Shown here piece by piece: positions 9,953 to 18,942 of a DNA stretch of 25,871 bases; positions within the stretch are counted from its first letter, which is position 1; each line of letters begins with the position of its first letter. The position numbers were made by a program, and so were the translations under genes. The stretch comes from a virus (Duplodnaviria > Caudoviricetes). Location of the stretch: IMG/VR virus record IMGVR_UViG_3300017777_004452, positions 1 to 25,871 of that record, one strand, 5' to 3'. The notes under the pieces are model-generated. The model was given only the letters and a program-made list of their open reading frames with translations, made no database searches and was not told where the DNA came from.

Positions 9953-11647
9953 TTAACCGGCGCCACTGTAGCTATTGCTCGATGCTCTGACTGAAATTTT
10001 GTTGGCTAGATCCTTGATTAATTGTCTAATTTCTTCACTGAGCGCGGTCATTGATTTTGCGTCTTTTAATGCAAAATTGTATGTGTTGATAATATCGTTT
10101 CGAGTGTACGTACCTAAGTTCTGACTTTCAATAGCCTCCAATTCTTTAAGAGCAGCACCATTAAGATCGACTAGCCTTGCTCTAACTGTGGCTCGCAGTA
10201 CAACCGCTTCGCCGTTTATAAGATTCCATTGCTCTTGAGTAATAGTTTGATACTCTTGGTTGATTGAATTAATTTTTGTTTTTAACACAGAGAATGATGT
10301 ACTTAGAGAACTTATAAAGTCTGAAAATGCATAGACTGCAATAGAACTACTTGAGCTATTACCGCTGACTTGAGGTACCCGTTCATCACCTGTAACTCGT
10401 TTAGCCGCAGCATCTACTGTGGCGCTGTTAACAGTATCGGCGGCAGCTACTGGTTTGGTTTCTTGCAACACTGGTTCATCCACTTTGGCCTGCGTTAAAT
10501 TCACAGCAAATGCGCCATTTACAGCCGTGGCATCAAATTTAGCTTTGACGTCTGCAGGCAATCCGGGCACATTCTTTGCCCAGTTAGCAGTGTCTGACAC
10601 ACTCTTAGCGGCATTGGTGGCTAGGCCACTAAGTGCTTGCGGAGTCAATTTGTCTGTGGGTATGCCAATTGATTTTAAATCATCAAGCCCTGATTTCATC
10701 AATCCCTGTTGCACTTTGTCCTGTAATCCACTGTTGCCTAACAAGCCGTCAAGGCCTTTTACGCCATCTTTGCCAGTCCACACTGTGGGACTCTTTAGCA
10801 CACTGGTAAGATCATTTTCGCCTGCTGCCAGGAATGCCGCGGCAGTACCGGGCTTCACAAGGCCTGCTCGTTCTAGTTGTCCGGCATCAAACCCAAACTT
10901 GCCGGCACCTAGTGCATTACTGATTGTGCCGGCACCTTGACCTACCAACTTGCTGGCCTGCGCTAGAGCACCAGTGACGTCAGGCAAACTCATGTTGCCA
11001 ATACCACTCAATGCCGGACCTTGTTTGGCAAAGTCTGCTATGTTGATACCATCAGTGGGAGTTCCTCTAATTAACCTAGATAGTGTGCCAACTGCTGTGC
11101 TGGCTAAACTTCCAACTTGACCTGCTGCTCCTGTGAGTGGTCCACTAAGAGCGCCTAGTGTTCCGGAGAATGCTCCTATAGCTCCTGATACACCACCTGT
11201 GGCATAGGCAGAGTCTAACGAAGCATTTCTACCAGTAACTGGATCAAATCCTGCCCCTGCTAGTGATTGTTTAAATGAACTACCAGCAGCGCCGGCTCCA
11301 GTGGTCAATGAATTAAATGCAGCCGCACCGCCTTTTAATGCGCTGGCCACTTGTGTGCCTGCACCTTGTCCCAGTGTTCCTATGCTGGCTGTAAGGCTGC
11401 TTAGATTTGTTCCCCCAGGTAGGTTGCCAGTCAGTGATGCTAGGCCTTGTGTTACTTGACTTTGAGCAGCGGCCAAACCGGCAGCGGCCTGAGTGGCTGG
11501 GCTTAGTACATCACCAACTCTAAATCCTGTGAGGCCGCCGCTGGCTGTTTGTTGGTCAAACACTGCTTTGGCCTGTTCAAACGTAACGCCAGCAGGGGCT
11601 TTGATTTCAAACTTTTGCCCATTAAAATCAAAATTAAATGTACTCAT
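9953..11647 (-). CDS. Gly/Ala-rich tail-associated protein with a possible lysozyme-like central domain (564 aa)
   Basis: Long ORF coupled to the spike gene by an ATGA overlap at 11644-11647. It has a low-complexity Gly/Ala N-terminal half, a central GKFGFDAGQLERAGLVKPG...VWTGKDGVKGLDGLLGN..LQ segment and a helical C-terminus. The function is inferred. Confidence 0.7.
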   Translation of the reverse strand: MSTFNFDFNGQKFEIKAPAGVTFEQAKAVFDQQTASGGLTGFRVGDVLSPATQAAAGLAAAQSQVTQGLASLTGNLPGGTNLSSLTASIGTLGQGAGTQVASALKGGAAAFNSLTTGAGAAGSSFKQSLAGAGFDPVTGRNASLDSAYATGGVSGAIGAFSGTLGALSGPLTGAAGQVGSLASTAVGTLSRLIRGTPTDGINIADFAKQGPALSGIGNMSLPDVTGALAQASKLVGQGAGTISNALGAGKFGFDAGQLERAGLVKPGTAAAFLAAGENDLTSVLKSPTVWTGKDGVKGLDGLLGNSGLQDKVQQGLMKSGLDDLKSIGIPTDKLTPQALSGLATNAAKSVSDTANWAKNVPGLPADVKAKFDATAVNGAFAVNLTQAKVDEPVLQETKPVAAADTVNSATVDAAAKRVTGDERVPQVSGNSSSSSIAVYAFSDFISSLSTSFSVLKTKINSINQEYQTITQEQWNLINGEAVVLRATVRARLVDLNGAALKELEAIESQNLGTYTRNDIINTYNFALKDAKSMTALSEEIRQLIKDLANKISVRASSNSYSGAG

Positions 11648-13149
11648 GCTTTTCTTGCCAGCTCAAATCCCGCAGGCACTGGCACAGCACCCGGATTGGG
11701 TGGCGGTTGTCCTGCTTCCAACGGAATTTCAATATCCACACCTTTGTTGTGATAAGGATACGGTTCGTGTGTGGGTGCTCGAGTCACAATACTTTCTAAA
11801 CCATCTGTTTCAACTGTCCAACCAGTAGCACTGCTGAATGTAGTGTCATCTAAGATGGTTGTGGTCAAGTTGTTGGGTGCAGGCACTGCATCAGCAGCAG
11901 GGCCGTTGAGATCAATTCCACCTGCTGTGAATTTCAATGCACTGCCGCCATCCCAACTTCCTGACGCACTCTGCAATGCCAAGCTGCCATCAGCTTTTAT
12001 GCCAACATAACTTTTGCTATATAGTTTTAAATTTTGTTGTGCAATTGCTGTGAGGTCTGCATCAGCTTGCAAGGTAATATCTTCTACTGCTTTGGCTTTG
12101 ATGCTGCCACCTGCATACATGTTGATGTCTCTATCAGCATGCAAATTGATGTCGCCACGAGTGCGCAAGTTAATTGAATTTGTGGCATACACATCTAGTG
12201 TGCCTTGAGAACCAAGTTCAAACCAAGCAAGTCCATTGGCATGAGTGATGTAGAAAAAGTCTCCGCTGTCACTCATTGTGATTTGATGACCAGAGGTGGT
12301 TCTAAAACGCAACAATCGATTGGAGCCATCAATATCGCCATCATCCATTACCATACTGTGGCCACCCACACGGCCTATCACTTTGAGGTCTTGAGGTTTT
12401 AGTGTTCCAGCATCAATTTGTTCTTGTATTTCTCCAAATTTCATGCCGCCTTGATACACAGCAGATCCCGGTGTGCTGATGCCGTACACAGCAGAAGGTG
12501 ACTCACGTTGACTTGAACTACCAATGGGACCACGTTCTGGATCTTTGATTAGGCCTTGACGAAACATGGTTTCTGCAACCACACTGTGTACAGGTTTGGG
12601 TTTGTCAAAGAATCGGCTAGACTCTTCTAATGCCAAGTTGTTTGTGTTGATTTCTACCACAGGCAATCGAATAGCGCCTTCAAAGTAAGCGGCTTGATTT
12701 TCATTTTCGGTAACAAATGATGTGCTGGCACCAACAGCAGGAACCATGTGTCCTATGCTTTGATCAGGTGCTGTGCCAATGTAATAACCTTGACTACGGT
12801 CACCATTTACAAACACACACAAAACTGTGATGCCCACGTCCGGTGGAGTAAACCACATGCCATAGCTGTTGGAGTTGCCGTCAATGTATGACCCTAATCC
12901 TTCTTTGGCAGGATTGTAAGGAGTTGATCCAAAAAACTGTGGCATGTAACTTACTGTGGTCCATTTGGAAGTGTCATCTTCATTGCCATCACTGAATGCC
13001 GTAATGTATACCTGTATGCGTCCTGATCTTATTGAATCATTGGTATTTTTTACAACACCATAGAAAGGACCAAACTCTGCAGGAGCTCCTCCGCGATCAA
13101 ACTTGTAATTTTTGTTACGCCCTCTACTGCGTTGAACTTGTTCTGCCAT
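11644..13149 (-). CDS. Baseplate central spike, gp5/VgrG/gpV-like (OB fold plus beta-helix, 501 aa)
   Basis: GVVKNTNDSIRSGRIQVYI and GMWFTPPDVGITVLCVFVNGD match the gp5/Vgr OB fold. RTTSGHQITMSD is followed by 8-residue beta-helix repeats (SINLRTRG DINLHADR DINMYAGG). An AAGGA RBS lies upstream. Confidence 0.85.
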   Translation of the reverse strand: MAEQVQRSRGRNKNYKFDRGGAPAEFGPFYGVVKNTNDSIRSGRIQVYITAFSDGNEDDTSKWTTVSYMPQFFGSTPYNPAKEGLGSYIDGNSNSYGMWFTPPDVGITVLCVFVNGDRSQGYYIGTAPDQSIGHMVPAVGASTSFVTENENQAAYFEGAIRLPVVEINTNNLALEESSRFFDKPKPVHSVVAETMFRQGLIKDPERGPIGSSSQRESPSAVYGISTPGSAVYQGGMKFGEIQEQIDAGTLKPQDLKVIGRVGGHSMVMDDGDIDGSNRLLRFRTTSGHQITMSDSGDFFYITHANGLAWFELGSQGTLDVYATNSINLRTRGDINLHADRDINMYAGGSIKAKAVEDITLQADADLTAIAQQNLKLYSKSYVGIKADGSLALQSASGSWDGGSALKFTAGGIDLNGPAADAVPAPNNLTTTILDDTTFSSATGWTVETDGLESIVTRAPTHEPYPYHNKGVDIEIPLEAGQPPPNPGAVPVPAGFELARKA

Positions 13150-13158
13150 TGATATTCC

Positions 13159-15975
13159 TTAATAATCTCTTGATATAATTTGCGGAGTAGATGGTGAGTT
13201 GTCTAGACCATCTGCTGTGATTCTGCCGGACAGCGCACCTGGTGGCACAAACGGATCTCCTACGTCTAAATTTTCTCCCGAGCCCGACGTTGCCGGCTGC
13301 GGTGGTGGTACCGGACTTGCGTTATCATTTGGTCCCGGGGCCGACGTATTTAAAGTTTGTGGCGAGTTATTGCTGGGATTTACATTCACTTGCGGTGCTG
13401 TTGGCATTGACGATTGCGTGGCTGCTACTCTAGAATCAAAGCCGGTAGTTGCTCTGCCGCGCTCATCTCTTTCATTTGTTGGTATAGGAAGTGACGCATC
13501 TGGTGCTTTGTTTGATCCATCTGGTTTGGGAAGATTGACCAATGTTCCAGAAATTGATTGTTCAAATTTACCTTGTTTAAATTCACTAGTTACAGTTGTG
13601 GCAAGATACACTCTGCTTTTGGTTTTGTTTTTTTTACTGGTAGGAGCAGCCATACCTGTAGCAAGGTCATAGTCATCTGGGCGATTCCATGCGACTTCGT
13701 ACATGATTTGTTCGCCGTCAAAGTTGATTGTGCCGTCGGGCAAAAAACTACCAATCTCAAGATCAGCAGCAGTAACGCCACCACTGAGACTGCCTTGTTG
13801 AATCCATGCAGGATCTCCAATGATCTTTAAAGTGCTGTTAGCAAGATCTGCACCGCCATACAGACTGTCTGCCAGGTTGGCAGACGCTTCGTTGCCACGG
13901 TCTTTACTGCCTTGCATGGATTCACCACTATTTGGGCCGTATGTGTAAATCACTATGTCTTGCATGGTGGCTGCAATTTGTTTTCGTGTAGTTTCGCTAC
14001 CAGAGTCTTGAGTATCACTGCCACTGACCAACATGTTGTAGGCAGTATTTAAAGTTTCTTGATACTCAAGTACCGCAGTATTTTTGCCGGTAAACCACCA
14101 AGGATAGCTTTTGTGAACACCTCTAAAAGTTCCTACTGGAAAATATTTACTGTCATATTTGTCAATTTTATACACACTGATAATATAGCGTATCTTGTAT
14201 GCGTAGTCATTTCGTAAATTATCTGGTTTGATTGGAATTGCTTCAAAATTTATTCTAAACCAATTTACAGGTTTGTTTGCGGCCTCAGGATTGGGTTGTT
14301 CACCACCGCCATCTAAATCTGTTGGGCCACCAAACGGATTGATTTGAGTTAGCTGTTGACTGGTTATATAACTGCTGTTTCTGATGACCTTATCAATTAA
14401 CTGCACTATGGATTGCCCGGCAACAGCTGGAATAATTTTCTGAGTGACATTTTTTTTATCAGTAGTAGGACTTGCACTTTTGGCATCTTTTGTTTGTGTT
14501 GTCCCCATTGGAGTTTGATTGGCTTCTTTTTTTTCCCCAGGCAATACAATGGTAGCATCACCAATAAGTTGTTTGGCTGCACCAACAAACACTATCTCAT
14601 ACTGATCAGCAACCTGGTAAAGTGGTCTTGTTCCAGTGGTCAGTTGATTGACATGTTCGTTCATGGCTGCCATAAGTCCAACTTTGACTGCTGGATCAGG
14701 ATTGCCGGCTGCATTGGCCTTTGGGGGTGCTGCCGCAGCATTAGCTGCCCCACTTTGATCCGGTGTTGAAGAAGTGGTTGATGCGCCTGGAGCAGCAGCA
14801 GTTGCTGTTTGGGTTGCCACCGTACCGCCTAACACGTCAGCCACAGTACTACCGCTAAGTTGCATGTTATATGGCACTGCGCCTCGTCTGGTTCCGCCGG
14901 CTACATACTGATCAATTGGAGTACAATCAAAATCGTAGTTGACTAATTTGCTGTTGACTGACCAGTTGATTCCGTTGATAGCAAACGGAATAAATTTTTC
15001 AACCACAGCATTTGGATCGCTAAGGGTTGGACCACCTTTGATTAAATTTCCATCAATGTCATATCCATACCACCGCAATACCATAAGATATTGAGCGGTA
15101 GTGTAGTTAATTTTTCCTGTGCCTTGTTCTTTGGGAGCTTGATCCTGAACTGCCTGATATATTCGATCAAGTAGTGTAATTCCCATTGGCTCTATCACTG
15201 TAAATTTTAACTGAGTCGCACTGTGTGAAATTCCTGTAGCCTGACCTTGCGATAAATTTGAAATAGTAATACTATCAATATAAAAGTCCAAAGGAAATGC
15301 AGGATTGCGTCCGGCATCTGCTGCATTAAAATTAATTGTGTTTGCACCGCCAGTTGCGTCGTTGGCATTTGTATTCAACGCACCAGTAAAGCCGCCCTGG
15401 CTGGCCGGAGCGCCACCACTCTGAAACAACAAGTTATATCCATTAATTGATTTTTTTTGACTTCTAATCAACTGTTGATATTGGTCAGACGTCATGAGAT
15501 ACACACTGGCCCGGTAGGTGTAACTGGCAAATCTATCTAGTATGTTACCACGAGGTACAATTTGTTTTCGGCTGTTGGTACCTGCTGCACCAGCAACTGT
15601 GCCTTGTTGTGCTTTGATAATTGCATCTTGTTCAGCTTGTGTGGCGCCGCCATATGACGCATCAGAATTTGCAATATCAGCGTCAGAAGTATTACTGCTA
15701 GTGTTGTTATTGTTGGTGTTATCATCAGTTGCGCCTACTCCGGCGCGAGTTGGGGCAACAGTATTAAGAGGTTCGCCAGTGACAGAATTAATACCGCCAG
15801 TGGGATTGGTTGTTAGCCGTGGATCACTAGATGGTGTGGCTTGAGTTTGAACAAGTGTTCGTACAGGAGGATTAGTGCCGGTATCGCGTGCAGCGGCTCG
15901 TGCGGCAGCATCGGCTGCAAATTTTTGTTGCAGTAACCGATATTGATATCTTGCGTATTCTCCGTTATCGGCCAT
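13159..15975 (-). CDS. Probable baseplate hub protein (gp27/GpD-like) with low-complexity termini (938 aa)
   Basis: It sits between the gp53-like and spike genes. LKFTVIEPMG near the N-terminus and TLKIIGDP...VTSEFKQGKFEQSI near the C-terminus resemble hub proteins. The call rests largely on synteny. Confidence 0.6.
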   Translation of the reverse strand: MADNGEYARYQYRLLQQKFAADAAARAAARDTGTNPPVRTLVQTQATPSSDPRLTTNPTGGINSVTGEPLNTVAPTRAGVGATDDNTNNNNTSSNTSDADIANSDASYGGATQAEQDAIIKAQQGTVAGAAGTNSRKQIVPRGNILDRFASYTYRASVYLMTSDQYQQLIRSQKKSINGYNLLFQSGGAPASQGGFTGALNTNANDATGGANTINFNAADAGRNPAFPLDFYIDSITISNLSQGQATGISHSATQLKFTVIEPMGITLLDRIYQAVQDQAPKEQGTGKINYTTAQYLMVLRWYGYDIDGNLIKGGPTLSDPNAVVEKFIPFAINGINWSVNSKLVNYDFDCTPIDQYVAGGTRRGAVPYNMQLSGSTVADVLGGTVATQTATAAAPGASTTSSTPDQSGAANAAAAPPKANAAGNPDPAVKVGLMAAMNEHVNQLTTGTRPLYQVADQYEIVFVGAAKQLIGDATIVLPGEKKEANQTPMGTTQTKDAKSASPTTDKKNVTQKIIPAVAGQSIVQLIDKVIRNSSYITSQQLTQINPFGGPTDLDGGGEQPNPEAANKPVNWFRINFEAIPIKPDNLRNDYAYKIRYIISVYKIDKYDSKYFPVGTFRGVHKSYPWWFTGKNTAVLEYQETLNTAYNMLVSGSDTQDSGSETTRKQIAATMQDIVIYTYGPNSGESMQGSKDRGNEASANLADSLYGGADLANSTLKIIGDPAWIQQGSLSGGVTAADLEIGSFLPDGTINFDGEQIMYEVAWNRPDDYDLATGMAAPTSKKNKTKSRVYLATTVTSEFKQGKFEQSISGTLVNLPKPDGSNKAPDASLPIPTNERDERGRATTGFDSRVAATQSSMPTAPQVNVNPSNNSPQTLNTSAPGPNDNASPVPPPQPATSGSGENLDVGDPFVPPGALSGRITADGLDNSPSTPQIISRDY

Positions 15976-15978
15976 ATA

Positions 15979-16281
15979 TTAAAATCCCAGTGCTGATTGC
16001 AATGTGGCGATCTTTGGAAGATAAATTGTGGTATCAGCAGCAAAGTCTAACGGAGGAGCAGTTAATGTGTTGGGATTGCGCTGATAAAACACCCACCATA
16101 GTGTGGGATCACCGTATAGGTCATATGCCAACAAATCTGGTCGGTACTGATAGGTTACATTTATAATCCATAGTATGTCGTCACTTTGTTTGGGAATGGG
16201 TCTGTTGACCATGAGGTCTAGATAAAACTGATTGAACCCAGTGGTAAAATATGCACTGGTACTAGAATATGAAATAGCCAT
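15979..16281 (-). CDS. Baseplate wedge protein, gp53/LysM-like (100 aa)
   Basis: YQYRPDLLAYDLYGDPTLWWVF...NPN...IYLP is the gp53/tail-X LysM signature. Confidence 0.8.
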   Translation of the reverse strand: MAISYSSTSAYFTTGFNQFYLDLMVNRPIPKQSDDILWIINVTYQYRPDLLAYDLYGDPTLWWVFYQRNPNTLTAPPLDFAADTTIYLPKIATLQSALGF

Positions 16282-17924
16282 TACCAGAATCCTCCTTTGA
16301 GCAAATCACCATTGGCGAAATTTTCTAGACTAAACTGCTGACTGACTTGACTGCGAGTTTGTATTGGCGACAATGTTACTGAAATTTCCATCTTGGTAGG
16401 CACGTAAGTACTGTTGACAGAATTTTGATTGGCAACGTTTTGATTAACTGTGCTGGAGTTTGGAACTTTAGTTACTGCGCCTGGCTTCAATCCAGATGTT
16501 GTTAATCTGCTAATGATAGCCAACACAGTGCCTAAACTGCCGCCCGGCGGTGGTCCTGAACTTGGGTTTTTGCGATTTGACATGTTCAATCCAATGTTGT
16601 TGAATCCATTGGCACGAATATAATCAACGTCTGATGGAAGATTATACGAAAAATTTGTAACCACGCAGGGATGATTGTTAAACTGATATTGTCCAAGGCC
16701 GCTCAAGTATACCAGTGGTGGAGGGGTTCCGGCCTGTGGGTCTTGCCCGTAAAACATTTTTGTAACAGATCTAAAAAAGTGAATTACTGCCAACAAATAA
16801 GAAGCTTCCCGAGTGTCTTGTGCTGTGAATGTTCCACGAATAACTATGTCACTGACTGAACTACTTTGATAAAAATGGCCTTTGTAGTTGCTGTGTATAA
16901 GATTTGTTTTGGCGTAATCAGCAACATAACTGGTTTCAATACTGGGTGTATAAGGAAATATCACACCATTGGTGGGACGCAATGGTGCAAGTATGCCTGG
17001 TCCACCTGTGCCATTTTGATTGGCCGGAGCGTTGTACAAATAAGAAGAATTTTGTGCTAGACTTATTCGCACACGCCAATCGGCCGCTGCAGGTTGATTC
17101 ACACGAGTTTGATCGGTGCTTTGAGCTTGTGCTCGATTTGTTGCAGCGGCTGTGCTGACACCTGGTGGTACTACTGCGTCTGGCGGCGGCGGATTTGGTT
17201 CTGTTTGTGGACCAGGTGGAACAAAAACAGCCGCAGGTGCTGTTGTTGGCGGTTCTTGATTGACGTTTGTACCTGCACCACCTGTGGGATCGCCGCCGTT
17301 GGGATCAACACCAGGTGTACCGGCGCCAATGGCGACTGGTGCTGGATTTGTATTTGGCGGTGGGGTTACAACCCTATCTGCCGCACCCTCAAACTCCGCC
17401 GGTGCTAATATTCTACCGCCAACAGTTAACGGTTCAAATGCTACGGGCGCTGGTGCTATAGGTGTAGTTTCAACAACAGGAGTTGGAACTACAATGGGCT
17501 GTACAGCTGGTGGTGTTGCTACTACTGGTAGAGTTGTTATGTCTGGACCCGGGGGTGGTGTTTGAGGTGCAGGCAGGCCTTCAACAATTGCAGTTGCTGG
17601 TGCATCGTTAGGTGCAGGAGCTCGTACTTCTACCAATCGATTTACAGCTCCTGGAACTGGGGCTATACTCAATGGTAACAAGGCTGCTGGAATTTCTGCT
17701 GGGCTAGTTATTGGAGTTTGTGTAACAAAATTACCGCCAGTCACAGCTCCAAACTTATCTCCGACGGTATAACTTTGCCCAAATGTAGAATTAGCCAGGG
17801 CAATTGTGGCATTGTCTGCTGCTGTTCGTACAGAGTCTGGTATGGAGCCGCCGCGCCGGATCGCCGCTTGCTGTTGTGACGTAAGCGGAATTTTTGTTTG
17901 TATTGAATAGCTGTATGTTGCCAT
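16281..17924 (-). CDS. Tail-tube initiator / baseplate junction-like protein (gp48/gp54-like) with a long Pro-rich N-terminal region (547 aa)
   Basis: The C-terminal domain VIFPYTPSI...IVIRGTFTAQ...GTPPPLVYLSGLGQYQFNNHPCVVTNFSYNLP...PTKMEISVTL fits tube-fold proteins of contractile tails. It is the first gene of the minus-strand operon and overlaps the next gene via TAATG. Confidence 0.65.
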   Translation of the reverse strand: MATYSYSIQTKIPLTSQQQAAIRRGGSIPDSVRTAADNATIALANSTFGQSYTVGDKFGAVTGGNFVTQTPITSPAEIPAALLPLSIAPVPGAVNRLVEVRAPAPNDAPATAIVEGLPAPQTPPPGPDITTLPVVATPPAVQPIVVPTPVVETTPIAPAPVAFEPLTVGGRILAPAEFEGAADRVVTPPPNTNPAPVAIGAGTPGVDPNGGDPTGGAGTNVNQEPPTTAPAAVFVPPGPQTEPNPPPPDAVVPPGVSTAAATNRAQAQSTDQTRVNQPAAADWRVRISLAQNSSYLYNAPANQNGTGGPGILAPLRPTNGVIFPYTPSIETSYVADYAKTNLIHSNYKGHFYQSSSVSDIVIRGTFTAQDTREASYLLAVIHFFRSVTKMFYGQDPQAGTPPPLVYLSGLGQYQFNNHPCVVTNFSYNLPSDVDYIRANGFNNIGLNMSNRKNPSSGPPPGGSLGTVLAIISRLTTSGLKPGAVTKVPNSSTVNQNVANQNSVNSTYVPTKMEISVTLSPIQTRSQVSQQFSLENFANGDLLKGGFW

Positions 17925-17940
17925 TAGATGTTCCTATAGC

Positions 17941-17970
17941 TTATTTACCGCTGACAAAAACGGCTCAGTT
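17941..17970 (-). promoter_or_regulatory. Putative late promoter heading the tail/baseplate operon
   Basis: The minus strand reads AACTgaGCCGTTTTTgtcagcggTAAATAA, followed by an AGGA RBS and the ATG at 17924. Motif and spacing are the same as at 9532-9561. Confidence 0.65.
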
Positions 17971-17980
17971 TAACAAGAGG

Positions 17981-18008
17981 TTGACAATTGTTGTAAATAT
18001 GCTACAAT
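17981..18008 (+). promoter_or_regulatory. Host sigma70-type promoter for the gp55-like gene
   Basis: TTGACA (17981-86), a 16-nt spacer ending in TGc, and TACAAT (18003-08, extended -10). An AAGGAG RBS lies at 18015-20. Confidence 0.7.
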
Positions 18009-18033
18009 CCTAGTAAGGAGACCTTGTCATACT

Positions 18034-18930
18034 ATGACTCTATTACCAAAAGCGGCACCTCGTGTCAATTACCTAAACAACCGTGATATTTTGAAAGAAA
18101 TACACTTCAGCAAGAACACCTATTGCTGGTATCGAGATCCTGTACAGGACCACCAGTTTGATTTGATACTGCCCGGCCTGGACAAAATTAATCAACGCAC
18201 TGTAGTTGAAGCAAGAAAAAATCGTGCTGATCGTATCAAGCGCGAAACAGGCGAAGTGATTGATCAAAAGAAAATTCCCAACACTGATTTAGTTTTCCGC
18301 ATCACCTGTTGGGATCACATTCCCCGAGCACCTAAAAAAATTACCAAGGCCGAAGCCAAGCGCAAAAAGCTAGAAGACATTTTTGAACTGGATGATGTGG
18401 CAGAAGATCCACTAGCAGACATTGTGGATGTGCCTGTGTTGGACCTAAATCACGTGCGAGTGAACTTTCCTCCGTTTGAACAGTATAGACTGGACGAAGA
18501 AAAGAAACCGTACCTTGTGGGTCGTAGTCACTGGAAAGGTGATTTGGCCACAGGAGAGTTTTCCAAAGATCACGGCAACATGACTCGCAAGTTAGCCATG
18601 ATGTTTATGAAACTGTGCGAACGCTATGCTACACGTTCCAACTGGCGCGGCTATACCTACAACGAGGAAATGCGTGGACAGGCTTTACTTCAACTTAGTC
18701 AAATTGGTTTACAATTTGACGAATCTAAATCGCAAAACCCCTTTGCTTACTACACCGCTGCGATCACTAATAGCTTTACACGTATTCTTAACATTGAAAA
18801 GAAAAATCAAAATATCCGAGATGACATCCTGGAGATGAACGGACTCAACCCATCATGGACTAGACAGAACTCCGGCAAAGCTGGCATGGCTGCCATGTCC
18901 GGACCGGTTGTATCTAGCTTGGATGAGTAG
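18034..18930 (+). CDS. gp55: Late-transcription sigma factor, T4 gp55-like, with a large insertion (298 aa)
   Basis: N-terminal NYLNNRDILKEI and C-terminal NWRGYTYNEEMRGQALLQL...FDESKSQNPFAYYTAAITNSFTRILNIEKKNQNIRD match gp55. The 55-47-46 gene order is as in T4-like phages. Confidence 0.85.
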   Translation: MTLLPKAAPRVNYLNNRDILKEIHFSKNTYCWYRDPVQDHQFDLILPGLDKINQRTVVEARKNRADRIKRETGEVIDQKKIPNTDLVFRITCWDHIPRAPKKITKAEAKRKKLEDIFELDDVAEDPLADIVDVPVLDLNHVRVNFPPFEQYRLDEEKKPYLVGRSHWKGDLATGEFSKDHGNMTRKLAMMFMKLCERYATRSNWRGYTYNEEMRGQALLQLSQIGLQFDESKSQNPFAYYTAAITNSFTRILNIEKKNQNIRDDILEMNGLNPSWTRQNSGKAGMAAMSGPVVSSLDE

Positions 18931-18936
18931 TATACT
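18908..18936 (+). promoter_or_regulatory. Putative sigma70-type promoter for gp47, near-leaderless
   Basis: TTGTAT (18908-13), 17 nt, TATACT (18931-36). The ATG at 18943 lies where +1 is expected. Confidence 0.45.
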
Positions 18937-18942
18937 AGCAGG

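Noticed and set aside
13628-15458. Four A8 tracts on the coding strand of the hub-like gene (13628, 14450, 14527, 15451) as phase-variation or frameshift sites
   Set aside because: All fall in Lys-Lys codons of an intact ORF in an AT-rich genome, and I saw no stimulatory structure or useful alternative frame.
7267-17565. Plus-strand ORFs of 100-173 aa (e.g. 10419-10940, 13199-13672, 17260-17565)
   Set aside because: They are antisense mirrors of Ala/Gly/Pro/Thr-rich structural genes, whose codons rarely produce stops on the opposite strand.
1-17924. Bacterial contractile injection system (T6SS, eCIS, tailocin) rather than a phage
   Set aside because: The adjacent gp55-gp47-gp46 block and T4-like late promoters point to a phage genome.
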